A stretch of 63,544 nt of DNA, filler included, from Nitrospinota bacterium (GTDB taxonomy: Bacteria; JAUXIQ01), in the NCBI GenBank assembly GCA_030620925.1. It is 8 parts of 8 records of this genome, joined end to end, with 100 filler letters (N's around TTAATTAATTAA, not from the genome) between each part and the next. Parts side by side here need not be neighbours in the genome. Positions count along the whole stretch, not along the records: positions 14,319 to 31,544 come from JAUXIQ010000007.1; positions 31,645 to 38,291 come from JAUXIQ010000114.1; 6 more parts are not named here. One strand, 5' to 3'. Made by a program: the position numbers and the translations under genes. Positions 28,221-38,391 of the stretch are shown one piece after another. How positions within the stretch are numbered: the stretch's first letter is position 1; the number at the start of each line of letters is the position of its first letter. The notes beneath the pieces are model-generated. The model was not told where the DNA came from. It saw only the letters and a program-made list of their open reading frames with translations, and searched no databases.

Positions 28221-29063
28221 TTATATACTCCTCCGCCGACTCTGGCCTTTTATCTGATACCAGGAGCAGGCTTCCAGGAGCCTGTCCGCCACCCTTTCTC
28301 CCAGAACACGATCGAGCTGGCGGGGATCGATATTGGTCGTGGTTATCAGGGGTTTTTCCTTTATGATACGCTCGTTGACGATGAGGAAAAGCTGTCCACG
28401 TTGCTGATCGCTTAATTTGTCCACTCCCAGATCATCGAGTACTACGATTTCTCTATCGCTCAACTGCTGGAAAATCTCCTGTTCCTCTGTTACAGCATCC
28501 CCGGCGCGATGCCATCTAAGCTCTTGAAGAAGATTTGGGACTGAGAAAAAACCGGCGGAACAATTTTCGCCTCGCTTAATCTGGTCCATTAATATCTGGC
28601 ATATAATAGCCGACGCGAGGTGCGTTTTCCCCACGCCCGTGGGCCCATGGATACCGATGCCCCTAGCGGTATCGGCTGAAAAAGAGAGAGAAAATTCCAC
28701 GCAGCTTCGGTAAGCTTCCTCATTTTCTTCGCATACTTCGAAGTCTACGAAGCTTTTTCCTGCAAGTCCGGGCGACATATTTATCTCCTGGCATTTTTCT
28801 TCGAAAGCCGCCTTGAAGACGCATTCGCAAACCCCCAATATTTCTTCTCCCTCCTGGAACCATTCTTTACGTATACCCCTGTACACGGTCCCCGGACGGT
28901 ACCTCCCGTAGTCGAAAGTCAACACGCTTGTCTCACCCCAGACCTCTCCACCGGAGCCGTCGTAGAGCGGAATGCTCCGCTGCGCCCGCCGTGAAGGAAC
29001 AGCGCCATTGCAGAGAGGGCATCTAACCGATGAAGGACTCCATTTTATGTCTTGCTCGCTCAT
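28221..29063 (-). CDS. DnaC/IstB-like AAA+ ATPase with N-terminal Cys (Zn-finger-like) region
   Basis: CPLC...CEC, GPTGVGKTHLA, VVLDDLG, TTN, RVADRL, GQSRR. Confidence 0.85.
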   Translation of the reverse strand: MSEQDIKWSPSSVRCPLCNGAVPSRRAQRSIPLYDGSGGEVWGETSVLTFDYGRYRPGTVYRGIRKEWFQEGEEILGVCECVFKAAFEEKCQEINMSPGLAGKSFVDFEVCEENEEAYRSCVEFSLSFSADTARGIGIHGPTGVGKTHLASAIICQILMDQIKRGENCSAGFFSVPNLLQELRWHRAGDAVTEEQEIFQQLSDREIVVLDDLGVDKLSDQQRGQLFLIVNERIIKEKPLITTTNIDPRQLDRVLGERVADRLLEACSWYQIKGQSRRRSI

Positions 29064-29210
29064 GGATACACCACATACAGAGAGAGATAAAAATAATTGT
29101 ATTTCTATTATACTGTAGGTTAATTGAAAAGTTAACCTCTCAAGTTTCCCACTTGGTCTGTCAACCCACAGGGGTATTCTCTTCCCTCAGCCAACCCTCT
29201 TGGATGCAGA

Positions 29211-29621
29211 TTACCGATATAAAGGTCGGTCAGAATGCGCTCCGGTGCTCATCTCCAGCACCTGTTCAATATCGGCCATCAGTTTGTAACGTGTTTGGGG
29301 GCGATGCTCCCACCGCTTTTCCGCTGCCGGGGAATAGCCGTCGATCACCTCGACTTGATCGATCTTTTCCACCTTGCAGATGAGCTGAAAGCCGAGCTTG
29401 TTTACAGGGTCCATTACCGCCACCGACAGCCTGGGATTGACCAGCAGGTTTTCCATCGTTTTTACACAAAACCAGGCGCTGAAGCAAACCCTTCCTTCAT
29501 CTTCCACTCTTATCCCTTCGGCGGTGGCGATATGAGGCAACCCTTCTTCATCCGCCGTTGCCAAGTAGACTATGTTATCGTCATTCAAAAACTCTTTCAT
29601 AGTTTCCGGAATGGATTCCAT
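29211..29621 (-). CDS. Pyridoxamine 5'-phosphate oxidase-like (split-barrel flavin-binding) protein
   Basis: YLATADEEGLPH, KTMENLLVNP, GFQL; AAGGAGG RBS before ATG 29621. Confidence 0.85.
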   Translation of the reverse strand: MESIPETMKEFLNDDNIVYLATADEEGLPHIATAEGIRVEDEGRVCFSAWFCVKTMENLLVNPRLSVAVMDPVNKLGFQLICKVEKIDQVEVIDGYSPAAEKRWEHRPQTRYKLMADIEQVLEMSTGAHSDRPLYR

Positions 29622-29919
29622 TTTGACTACCTCCTTGTCCGTAGGTCTTCTTTGAATAAAGATAATACGGTTGAGAGTTAAGGTAATAAGCATGTAGATC
29701 GGCATGTTAACTCAAATGGATTCAGCTACTGTGGCGGGCTTTTTTTCGTCCTGATCAGTTTTCGTAATGGGAGGACTCATATCCACACAAAATATTAAAT
29801 ATCTCTTGAACAGGTCGATTCCGTTATGTATTATTTCCCTCATCGATATAGCGGCTGCTGATTGTCAGAAGCGAGACTTTTATGCATAGCCCGTCAGGGA
29901 CCCAAAGGAGGGAAGAAAA

Positions 29920-31544
29920 ATGATTAGAGGCGATGGCACCTCGTACTACGAAGCCGACCCGCACGAACATCTCCTCAGAGATATCACCATCGGTCAACTG
30001 CTGGACGAGAGAGCCCGCGAATTGCCTGATCAGGAAGCCGTTGTCTACTCTGTATACGATGAAGATGGAATCAATGTGCGCTGGACCTACAGTGAATTAA
30101 AGCAGAAAGTGGACAGGGTAGCCAGGGGGCTTATGGCTATGGGGGTGGAGAAGGGTGAGAAGGTCGCACTGTGGGCCACCAATCTCCCTGAATGGATACT
30201 CATGGAGTTTGCCATGGCGAAGATAGGAGCGGTGCTGGTCACGGTCAACGTAAACTATCAGCCCCCTGAATTGGAGTATCTGCTCACGCAGTCCAATTCC
30301 TCTTCCCTGTTCCTGATGGAGGGGTTCAGGGATACCGATTATCTGGGGACCATAAACCAGCTTGCCCCGGAACTGGCTTCCTCCCAGCCCGGAGACCTCA
30401 ACTGCCCGAAACTGCCCGACCTCAAGAGGGTGGTATTCATAGGAGACCAGGTGCCCCCGGGGACCTTCAACTTCAACCAGCTCGATGAAATGGCTGACGA
30501 GGTTTCCGAGAAAGAATTTTCGGAGAGACAGAGCCGGATTTCGCCGCAGGACCTGGTTCAGATACAGTATACCTCGGGCACTACGGGCTTTCCTAAAGGG
30601 GCTATGCTCTCAAACTACAACCTGGTCAACAACGCCTTTTTCCTGGCGGACAGGTTAGGGGTGAAGCCAGGAAAGCGATACCTCTCAGGTATGCCACTGT
30701 TTCACACCGGCGGGTGCGTGTGCCACACTCTGGCCACCATAGCGGGGGGAGGGACTGTTATAGAATTGGTCTACTTCGATCCCGTAAAAATGATGCAGGC
30801 CCTCCAAAAAGAGAAGGCCACGCATTACCTCGGCGTCCCCACCATGTTGATCGGCATAATGCAGCACCCCGAATTCCCCCAACACGATTTCAGCTCCCTG
30901 GAGATAGTGATGTCCGGGGGCTCGCCGGTTCCCATAGAGGTGGCCAGAGAGGTGGAAGAAAAGATGGGCTGCAAGGTGCTGGTGGTTTTCGGCCTGACTG
31001 AAGCGAGCCCGGTGATCACCCTGGCCAAACCCGAGGAACCGCTGGAGCTGCGCGTGGAGACTGTAGGCAGCGCGCTCCCTTACATGGAAATCAAGATAGC
31101 CGACCCTGAGACCGGAAAACCTGTGCCGCTGGGGGAATATGGCGAGTTCTGCAACAGGGGCTACAACATAATGCCGGGTTACTACCAGATGCCCGATAAG
31201 ACCGCCGAGACCATCGACGAAGAGGGCTGGCTCCATACCGGCGACCTGGGCGTAATGAGTGAGAGCGGACATTGCAACATAGTGGGCCGCATAAAAGACA
31301 TGATAATACGCGGAGGAGAGAATCTGTATACCCGTGAGATAGAAGAGCTCCTGATAACCCACCCCAAGATAATGGACGTCTACATCGTGGGTGTGCCGGA
31401 CAAAAAATGGGGCGAGGAAGTCGCCGCCTTCGCAAAGTTACACCCCGACCAGCAGTTGGACCTTGAAGAGATGCGCAGCTTCTGCGAAGGGAAACTGGCG
31501 CGCCACAAACGGCCTAAGTACCTCACGCTGGTGGATGAGTTCCC
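29920..31544 (+). CDS. AMP-binding acyl-CoA synthetase (ACSF2/YngI-like), 3'-truncated
   Basis: QYTSGTTGFPKG, PLFHTGG, FGLTEASP, WLHTGDLG, GRIKDMIIRGGEN. Confidence 0.95.
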
Positions 31545-31644
31545 NNNNNNNNNNNNNNNNNNNNNNNNNNNNNNNNNNNNNNNNNNNNTTAATTAATTAA
31601 NNNNNNNNNNNNNNNNNNNNNNNNNNNNNNNNNNNNNNNNNNNN
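31545..31644. other. Artificial contig linker
   Basis: N44-TTAATTAATTAA-N44. Confidence 0.99.
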
Positions 31645-33411
31645 CAGGTCATTGAAACGGATGTGTTGGTCGTGGGAGGCGGTGGCGCGGGTTTCAGGGC
31701 CGCGATCGGGGCCAGGGAGAAGGGAGCGAAGGCCCTCATGTTGAGCAAGGGGCCTCTCGCTCGCTGCGGAGCGACGCCCATGGCCGGCGCCGATTTCACC
31801 CTGGACGGCCGCAGCTTGAGGGAGCTGGGCTTCTTCGGGGAACCCAACGACACCAAGGAGAAATTCTTCAGCGATATCGTGCATCAGGGCTACTATCTGA
31901 ACAATCAAAAACTCGTCGAGCAATATATTGATACGGCCCAGGGAAGATTGAAGGAATTGCTCGATTGGGGAATAGAAGTCAGAATGTCGGATGAGCGGGC
32001 CATCATAACCAGCGGTATAGGCATCATGGATGCGCTGCTGCGGGGAGCCAGAGAGCATGGCGTTGATATGCTGGAAGACATAATGCTTCTGGACCTTGTG
32101 AGCCGGGAAGGCAAGGTCACAGGTGGTCTCGGACTGAACGTCAAGAGAGGCGAGTTCATCCATTTCAAGGCCGGGGCGGTGGTCATGGCCACGGGCGGAT
32201 GGCACAAGGCGTTCTGGCCCAACACGGGTATGCGCGACCTGTCGGGAGAGGGGATCGCCATGGCCCACCGGGCGGGCGCAGACATCGGGAACATGGAATT
32301 TATAACTTTCTGCTGCAACACTCTCGTCGATCCTCCGGCCTGGCGCGGCAGCATCGCCACCTACATAATGAGCATGCTGTGCGGAGGCGAGCTCACCAAC
32401 GGCAAAGGCGAGACGTTTCTCGATAAGTACGACCCCTATACGGTAGAGAAGGGCACCGGCATGGAGTGGAACAAGAGCTTCGTCTCATTCGCCACTATGA
32501 GAGAGGTGCGAGAGGGCAGGGGGACACTCAACGGTGGCATCTACTACGGCAGGGGCCAGCTCCCCTGGGAGCCGTTCGAGCAGCGGGCGATGATGCTGTT
32601 TCCCAAGTGGAAGTATAAGGCGCTGGATTTGACCGAGCTGGGCAGGATGCTCAAAGACGGAGAGTCGGTCGAAGTGGCTCCCTCCGTGGAATACTTCGAT
32701 GGTGGAATAGTGGTCAACGAAAGCTTTGAAACCAATATAGAAGGGCTTTACGCCGCGGGCGAATGTACGCTGGGCGCATTCGGCTCAAACAGAGTCGCTT
32801 CGGCAATAACGGAGATGCTGGTCCACGGGGCGGATGCGGGCAGGAACGCCGGTGAATACGTTAAAAAAGCCGGGGTCTCCCCGCTGGATGAAAAGGCCCT
32901 GGAGGCCTTGCAGGAAAAGGCCAAACAACCACTTCTCAGGAAAAAGGGCCTGAATCCGGCCCAGGTCAGGAGGCGTGTCCAGGAGATGGCTCATAAACAC
33001 CTGGGGCCTATTCGGAACAAGGAGGAACTTGAGGCGTTCATCGCATACCTGGAGGGAGTGAAAAAAGACGAGCTGCCCAAGCTGGCCCCCGAATCCAAAA
33101 GCAGTGTCTATAACAAGGAATGGATAGACGCCGTTGAGCTGGAGAACATTGTTCACCTCCTGGAAGCGGCGGCGAGAAGCGCCCTGTTCCGCACCGAGAG
33201 CCGGGGGGTCCACTATCGGGAGGACTTCCCGCAGACCGACAACGACAACTGGCTGCAGGAAAGCTTCGTGAAAGGGGATGGCGGCGCTTTGGAGATCGAC
33301 AAGCGGCCGGTCACCGTGACTTCGCTCACGCCCCCCGGGGGCGTTACGCCCTACCTGGATATGCTCAAGAGAATGATTGAAGCCCACTCCGATACCGGCG
33401 GTCATCATTAA
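31645..33411 (+). CDS. SdhA/FrdA/NadB-superfamily flavoprotein with non-canonical active site, slightly 5'-truncated
   Basis: ETDVLVVGGGGAG, VVMATGG, GLYAAGE, ALFRTESRGVHYREDFP. Confidence 0.88.
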   Translation, partial: QVIETDVLVVGGGGAGFRAAIGAREKGAKALMLSKGPLARCGATPMAGADFTLDGRSLRELGFFGEPNDTKEKFFSDIVHQGYYLNNQKLVEQYIDTAQGRLKELLDWGIEVRMSDERAIITSGIGIMDALLRGAREHGVDMLEDIMLLDLVSREGKVTGGLGLNVKRGEFIHFKAGAVVMATGGWHKAFWPNTGMRDLSGEGIAMAHRAGADIGNMEFITFCCNTLVDPPAWRGSIATYIMSMLCGGELTNGKGETFLDKYDPYTVEKGTGMEWNKSFVSFATMREVREGRGTLNGGIYYGRGQLPWEPFEQRAMMLFPKWKYKALDLTELGRMLKDGESVEVAPSVEYFDGGIVVNESFETNIEGLYAAGECTLGAFGSNRVASAITEMLVHGADAGRNAGEYVKKAGVSPLDEKALEALQEKAKQPLLRKKGLNPAQVRRRVQEMAHKHLGPIRNKEELEAFIAYLEGVKKDELPKLAPESKSSVYNKEWIDAVELENIVHLLEAAARSALFRTESRGVHYREDFPQTDNDNWLQESFVKGDGGALEIDKRPVTVTSLTPPGGVTPYLDMLKRMIEAHSDTGGHH

Positions 33412-33435
33412 GTTTGGAATGGGGAGAAATAGACG

Positions 33436-33771
33436 ATGTCCGAGAATATGATAAACGTTAAAGTCTTCCGCTTCGATCCATCCGTGGACAGAGAACCTTA
33501 CTACAAAGAGTATGAGGTGCCTTTGCAGCAGGGCATGGGCGCCATGGACATCCTCGATTACATCTATCAGAACCTGGACAGCACCATCGCTTATTACGAT
33601 CACGCGGGATGTTCTCTGGGAATATGCGCCCGCTGCGCCGGTAAGATTAACGGGAAATCGGGCCTCTTGTGTCAGACTATCGTTGAGGGGAACGTCACGC
33701 TGGAGCCGCTTTCCGGGTCTGAGGTGATAAAGGACCTGGTGGTCATCAGGGGGGAGAAAGGCGATGGCTGA
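33436..33771 (+). CDS. Stand-alone 2Fe-2S protein (SdhB/FrdB N-terminal domain only)
   Basis: VFRFDP, C-X4-C-X2-C-X11-C (CSLGICARC...LLC), LEPL..VIKDLVV, then stop. Confidence 0.9.
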   Translation: MSENMINVKVFRFDPSVDREPYYKEYEVPLQQGMGAMDILDYIYQNLDSTIAYYDHAGCSLGICARCAGKINGKSGLLCQTIVEGNVTLEPLSGSEVIKDLVVIRGEKGDG

Positions 33772-34885
33772 GACCCTAACCATCACTGAAGGGGAATTTA
33801 AAGGGCGTTTTGACAGCGCTCAGTCGCTGATGAGAGAGAGGGGCCTGGACGGCCTGATCCTGTTCAGCGGGTTTCAGGAAAGGGAAGGGCACCTCTGCTA
33901 TCTGACCAACCATCGCAATGCGTTCCCGAACGTACTGTCACACATGGGGTTGGGGCACAGCGCGCTTATCCTGCCCGCAGAGGGATGGGGGACACTGGTC
34001 TCTCCCATGGGATACGATGCGAGTAAAGTGGTCAACATCGACGCCGCCAGGACGGGCTTCGTACTTGTTACTGAAACAGCGGAGGCGGTGAAAGAGAATG
34101 GGCTCGAGGACAAGAAACTGGGCGTCGTGGGTCTGGACATCATTCCGGCGGAGTATTACGAGGGGATCAAGGGGTCGCTCGGGAAAGCGAGCTTCGAAAA
34201 TGCTAATGACATCCTTGAAAAGATGCGGCTTATCAAAAGCCCCGCCGAGGTGGCCCTTCTCCGGAAGGGGGCTCGGGTGGCGGACGCCGCGCTGCTTGCG
34301 GGCATGGAGGCCGCCTGTGAAGGGGCCACCGGCCATCAGGTCGAGCTCGCCGCCCGCAAGGCCGCACTGGAGGAAGGCGCCGACTTCGTTCCCAGGATAC
34401 GCGTCTCCTCCGGCCCCCAGGTGTTGGGCCCGAGGTGGCCTACGGCGTCGGACCGTAGGATTGCAAAAGGAGACTTCGTCTTCCTGGACGTCATCGGATG
34501 GGTCGGAGGCTATGGGTTCGATAATTCCAGAATAAAGGTGGCTGGCGATCCCACGGGAGAGCAGAAGCACTATCTGGAGCACGCGGCTGAAGCCACCGAA
34601 TGGATGATAAGCCGGCTGGAGCCGGGCGCTCAACTGTCTTTTGCTGTGACCATGTCCAGGGAGAGGCAGATCACGGCGTTCGGGCACGGGATCGGCCTTG
34701 AAATTTGCGAGAACCCTTGGCTGGTCATGGAGGCGGGTAAGGCGGCGGTTGAGCCTGGAATGGTGGTGTGCATAGAGCCCAAGGTCGTTGACCCTCATTT
34801 CGGCGGCATGGCCATCGAAGACACCGTGTTGGTGACTGAAAGCGGCGTGGAGGTGTTAAACCGGTGCCCCCGGGTCTTCTGGTAG
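33764..34885 (+). CDS. M24 (Xaa-Pro peptidase/creatinase fold) hydrolase
   Basis: Creatinase-N domain, MRLIKSPAEV, D..GYGFDNSR, GHGIGLE, IEP, IEDTVLVT. Confidence 0.88.
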   Translation: MAETLTITEGEFKGRFDSAQSLMRERGLDGLILFSGFQEREGHLCYLTNHRNAFPNVLSHMGLGHSALILPAEGWGTLVSPMGYDASKVVNIDAARTGFVLVTETAEAVKENGLEDKKLGVVGLDIIPAEYYEGIKGSLGKASFENANDILEKMRLIKSPAEVALLRKGARVADAALLAGMEAACEGATGHQVELAARKAALEEGADFVPRIRVSSGPQVLGPRWPTASDRRIAKGDFVFLDVIGWVGGYGFDNSRIKVAGDPTGEQKHYLEHAAEATEWMISRLEPGAQLSFAVTMSRERQITAFGHGIGLEICENPWLVMEAGKAAVEPGMVVCIEPKVVDPHFGGMAIEDTVLVTESGVEVLNRCPRVFW

Positions 34886-35185
34886 CAATTAACTTTGAGC
34901 CATAAGGAAGCCCGCCGTTGCGGCCGGAGAGATGCCGCTGCTCAATTCACCGATATCCCCCCTTTTCCGTGGACGAATCCTTTGCTGTTGCACCGAGGTG
35001 TTCTTGACTCGTACCTGTGATAGAGTTGGAGAATCAAGATAAGTAAACTGCCTGCCCTCACCCGGATGTCCTTTCTCCGGTTGGAATTATCGGAGCTATT
35101 TTTCGCGGAACTTTGGCAAAATCCGGAAATGGGACCAACAGGGGAGCCAACGGTAAGACCGTGAACCAGTAGTGAGGTGCAACTC

Positions 35186-36736
35186 ATGGCACCTGAAAGC
35201 GGAACGCAGTCCGGAGAAGCCGGGCGCTACAAATGGATGCTGACCTGGTCGGTGCTCATCGGCGCAATGCTGGCTCCCATGAATTCAATGATACTGAGCG
35301 TCGCTATTCCCGATATCATGGCCTCTTTCGGGGTGAACGTGGATCGGGTGCAATGGGTGATGACGGCCTATATGCTGGCGGCGGCGGTGGTGATCCCCTG
35401 CATCGGATGGCTGGGGGAAACCTTCGGCTACAAACGGTTTTACCTGGCGGGAGTTTGTATCTTCACACTGGGTTCCGCGCTCAGCGGGCTGGCCTGGAAC
35501 ATCGAGTCGCTCATCGCCTTCCGCGTCGTTCAGGCCCTGGGCGGCGGAGTGCTGTGGCCTCTGGGACTGGCCATCATCATCGAGGTGTTCCCCGAGGAGC
35601 AGCGGGGCATGGGAATGGGAGTGTTCAGCCTGGGGGGAATGCTCGGTCCCTCCCTGGGACCCCTGATGGGGGGATACCTGGTAGACAAGTTCAATTGGCC
35701 CACCGTCTTCTTCGTGAACGTGCCTTTAGGAGCCCTGGCCTTCATCCTGGTGGCGTTGGTGATGCGGGACGAACACCCCCGCAGAAAGATCGCCTTCGAC
35801 TTGCCCGGTTTCGCCGCCATGTGTGTATTCGTGGTGAGCCTGCTGCTGGCCCTGAGCCAGGGACAGAAAGAGGGCTGGACATCCAACTTCATCCTCGCCC
35901 TGTTCGCCATATTTTTCGTGGGCCTGGCCCTGTTCCTGGTAATCGAGCTGCGGGTGGAGAGACCATTACTGGATTTGCGTTTGCTGCGGTTCAGAAATTT
36001 TTCGGTGGGGTTTGTCTCCAATATTCTGTTCGGGATCAGTTATTACCCGGCCCTGTTCCTCCTGCCTCTGATAGTGGTCAACGTGCTGTTCTACACCGCG
36101 TTTCAGGCGGGCCTGTTGATGGTGCCCGGATCGTTTGTCATGGCCGCGGCCATGTTGCTGGCCGGTTGGCTGGCCGACCGCTGGGACGCAAAGCTCATCA
36201 TCTCGCTGGGCATCGTGCTCGGTTTCGGGGGGATGCTCTGGCAGTCGCACCTGAACCTCCAGACCAGCTCCATGGCCATCGTATTCATGCTGGTTTTACG
36301 GGGGGGGATGGGCATCATGTATCCTCCCTTGATGAAAGAGGCTGTGCGGAACTTGCCCAAAGAGAAGGTAGCGATGGCCTCGGGCATGATGTACCTGATG
36401 ATGTATATAGGGGGGATGTTCGGCATCGCCGTTTTCAGCACCTTTCTGGATAAACGCACGGCGGTGCACAACACGAGCAACATCGAATGGGTGACTCAGT
36501 CTTCAGTGGCCGCTCAGCAGGCGATGTCTTCGCTCAAGGGGTTCTTCATGAGCATCGGGAATGTGGGCCACCGTGCCGAAGCGATGTCCCTGGCCGTCTT
36601 AAAAGGTTTCGTCTCGCGGGAGGCGATCATCTCAGCGTTTGATGACTCCTTTTTACTCCTGGCCTTCGCTTACCTGGTATTACTGGTGCCTACTTTTTTC
36701 CTGCGCAAGGGCACCGCCCTGAACGGCGGCCGATAA
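35186..36736 (+). CDS. DHA2 (EmrB/QacA) MFS transporter
   Basis: WVMTAYML, FRVVQALGGG, LGPLMGGYL, FFVNVP, PLLDLRL. Confidence 0.93.
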   Translation: MAPESGTQSGEAGRYKWMLTWSVLIGAMLAPMNSMILSVAIPDIMASFGVNVDRVQWVMTAYMLAAAVVIPCIGWLGETFGYKRFYLAGVCIFTLGSALSGLAWNIESLIAFRVVQALGGGVLWPLGLAIIIEVFPEEQRGMGMGVFSLGGMLGPSLGPLMGGYLVDKFNWPTVFFVNVPLGALAFILVALVMRDEHPRRKIAFDLPGFAAMCVFVVSLLLALSQGQKEGWTSNFILALFAIFFVGLALFLVIELRVERPLLDLRLLRFRNFSVGFVSNILFGISYYPALFLLPLIVVNVLFYTAFQAGLLMVPGSFVMAAAMLLAGWLADRWDAKLIISLGIVLGFGGMLWQSHLNLQTSSMAIVFMLVLRGGMGIMYPPLMKEAVRNLPKEKVAMASGMMYLMMYIGGMFGIAVFSTFLDKRTAVHNTSNIEWVTQSSVAAQQAMSSLKGFFMSIGNVGHRAEAMSLAVLKGFVSREAIISAFDDSFLLLAFAYLVLLVPTFFLRKGTALNGGR

Positions 36737-36793
36737 TAAACGGCCGGCTTCTATCACCCGCATAGTGGCCGGAATATTTAGCGAAAGCCCCGC

Positions 36794-37672
36794 TCAGAGA
36801 TGAGCTTCATACCATTTTGTAGCCGCCTTCATGACTTCCTTGAGAACCGGGTTCACGTATACCGCGTGATGGGCCACATCGGGTATGACGTGGAGCCGTT
36901 TCGGCTCCCCCGCCAGGCTGTACAGGATGCGGGATTCTTCGACGGGCACCAGCGCGTCGTCCCCGGCGTGGATGAACATGATGGCCCTGGGAGAAACCCT
37001 GTCCACCACTTCTTCGGGTTTGAAGTCCATGACCGCCTCACCTGTCTCCAGGGGCAGCTCGCATTTCCTTTCCGGAAACTGCTTTAGGATTTCGACGTGG
37101 GTGGCCAGCGTCCCGGGGTCGGGGACCATTATCTCGTACGGTTCCACGTAGCGCGACTTGCCCGTCATCACTCTGTTTTTTCTGTCCTCGGCCAGGGTTT
37201 TCAGGAATTCGTTCCATTCCCATAGCTGCCGGAGGCTTTTCATCCAGCGCTCCCCGTTGCCGATGCCTACCGTGCTCACCGTGCACCTGACCCTTTCATC
37301 TATGCCCGCCGTGTAGGAGACGTTCGCCCCGCCGAAGCTCGTCCCGTACAGGCCGAGCCTCTCGGCATCCACACCGTTCTGAAGGCTCAGGAAGGTGAGT
37401 GCGTTTCTTATGTCTTCCACCTGCTCGGTGGGGATGAGCCGCCAACGGGGGCCTTCGCTCTCTCCAAAACCACGGTAATCGAAGATGAGGCAGACATACC
37501 CGGCCGATGAAAGATGTTTTGCTACATCGGGTAAATAGAGCTCCTTTATCCCCGTGAACCCGTGACAGATGACTATTCCCGGTCGCTTCTCGCCGCTCTT
37601 CATCCCCCTGGGTTTGTAGATAATTCCCGCCAGCTTATGCCCGCTGCTGTAGAACGCCACCTCTTTTGCCAT
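36794..37672 (-). CDS. Alpha/beta-fold hydrolase
   Basis: CHGFTG, FDYRGFGESEG, nucleophile elbow GTSFGG, D.LVP, HH. Confidence 0.92.
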   Translation of the reverse strand: MAKEVAFYSSGHKLAGIIYKPRGMKSGEKRPGIVICHGFTGIKELYLPDVAKHLSSAGYVCLIFDYRGFGESEGPRWRLIPTEQVEDIRNALTFLSLQNGVDAERLGLYGTSFGGANVSYTAGIDERVRCTVSTVGIGNGERWMKSLRQLWEWNEFLKTLAEDRKNRVMTGKSRYVEPYEIMVPDPGTLATHVEILKQFPERKCELPLETGEAVMDFKPEEVVDRVSPRAIMFIHAGDDALVPVEESRILYSLAGEPKRLHVIPDVAHHAVYVNPVLKEVMKAATKWYEAHL

Positions 37673-37723
37673 GTTTCCCCCCGGTTGTCCGGTAAATTTT
37701 TGTTGGTAAATGCAGGTCTCACG

Positions 37724-38275
37724 CTATTTTTCTTCAGGGATTTTCTCCGCGCGTCTGTAAAGTTCGTCGAGGTCGACGACGTTGTAATACCGGCCGATAT
37801 CAGCCAGGCTGTGAGCGTCGCTGTTGGAGAGGAGCATGAGGTCGTTATCTGCGGCTACTTCCCTTATTTTCTCTTCGTCGATGTACCAGTAGGAGTTGTG
37901 CATTTCCAGGCCGTGTATGCCGTCCAGTTGATGGTGGTTGGTGTGGAACAGGTAGCCGGGATGGGCGATAAAGCGGAAGACGGTGTCGCTCTCCAGGTAA
38001 AGCTCCACCACGTGATTATCTCCTGAGCGTTTTTCCTGCCCCGGAATGATGATGATGGAATTATCAAAACTCTCTTCGACCACCCGTCTCACCTGGCGGG
38101 CGTATTTCAGGGCGTCGTGGTCGGTGATGGCCAGCCCGTCGAGATCGCGCTCCAGGGCCTTATCTACGATCTTCCCCACCGTCTTCTCATCCACGGGGGC
38201 GAACTGTGTGGCTTCCTGACAGTGCGTGTGAAGGTCCAGCTTGAGCTTCATTCCCGCTTTTTCCGAGGGTTTCAT
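37724..38275 (-). CDS. Small PHP-domain phosphoesterase
   Basis: DLHTH, AITDHD, IPGQE, AHP, NSDAH. Confidence 0.88.
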   Translation of the reverse strand: MKPSEKAGMKLKLDLHTHCQEATQFAPVDEKTVGKIVDKALERDLDGLAITDHDALKYARQVRRVVEESFDNSIIIIPGQEKRSGDNHVVELYLESDTVFRFIAHPGYLFHTNHHQLDGIHGLEMHNSYWYIDEEKIREVAADNDLMLLSNSDAHSLADIGRYYNVVDLDELYRRAEKIPEEK

Positions 38276-38291
38276 GCTTCTTCGGCCGCTA

Positions 38292-38391
38292 NNNNNNNNN
38301 NNNNNNNNNNNNNNNNNNNNNNNNNNNNNNNNNNNTTAATTAATTAANNNNNNNNNNNNNNNNNNNNNNNNNNNNNNNNNNNNNNNNNNNN
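38292..38391. other. Artificial contig linker
   Basis: N44-TTAATTAATTAA-N44. Confidence 0.99.

Noticed and set aside
28221-29063. IS21 element or prophage suggested by the IstB/DnaC-like ATPase
   Set aside because: No IstA, terminal repeats, integrase or phage genes on the contig; kept only as an orphan ATPase.
31645-33771. Annotation as succinate dehydrogenase/fumarate reductase sdhAB
   Set aside because: Covalent-FAD and dicarboxylate-binding His residues are absent, the B subunit lacks its 4Fe-4S/3Fe-4S domain, and no anchor subunit follows.
35233-36453. Long alternative-frame or antisense ORFs (35233-36453, 1587-2402, 32785-33786, 52213-53151, 60313-61113 and others)
   Set aside because: They overlap well-supported genes, lack family motifs, and are expected from GC-rich codon bias.
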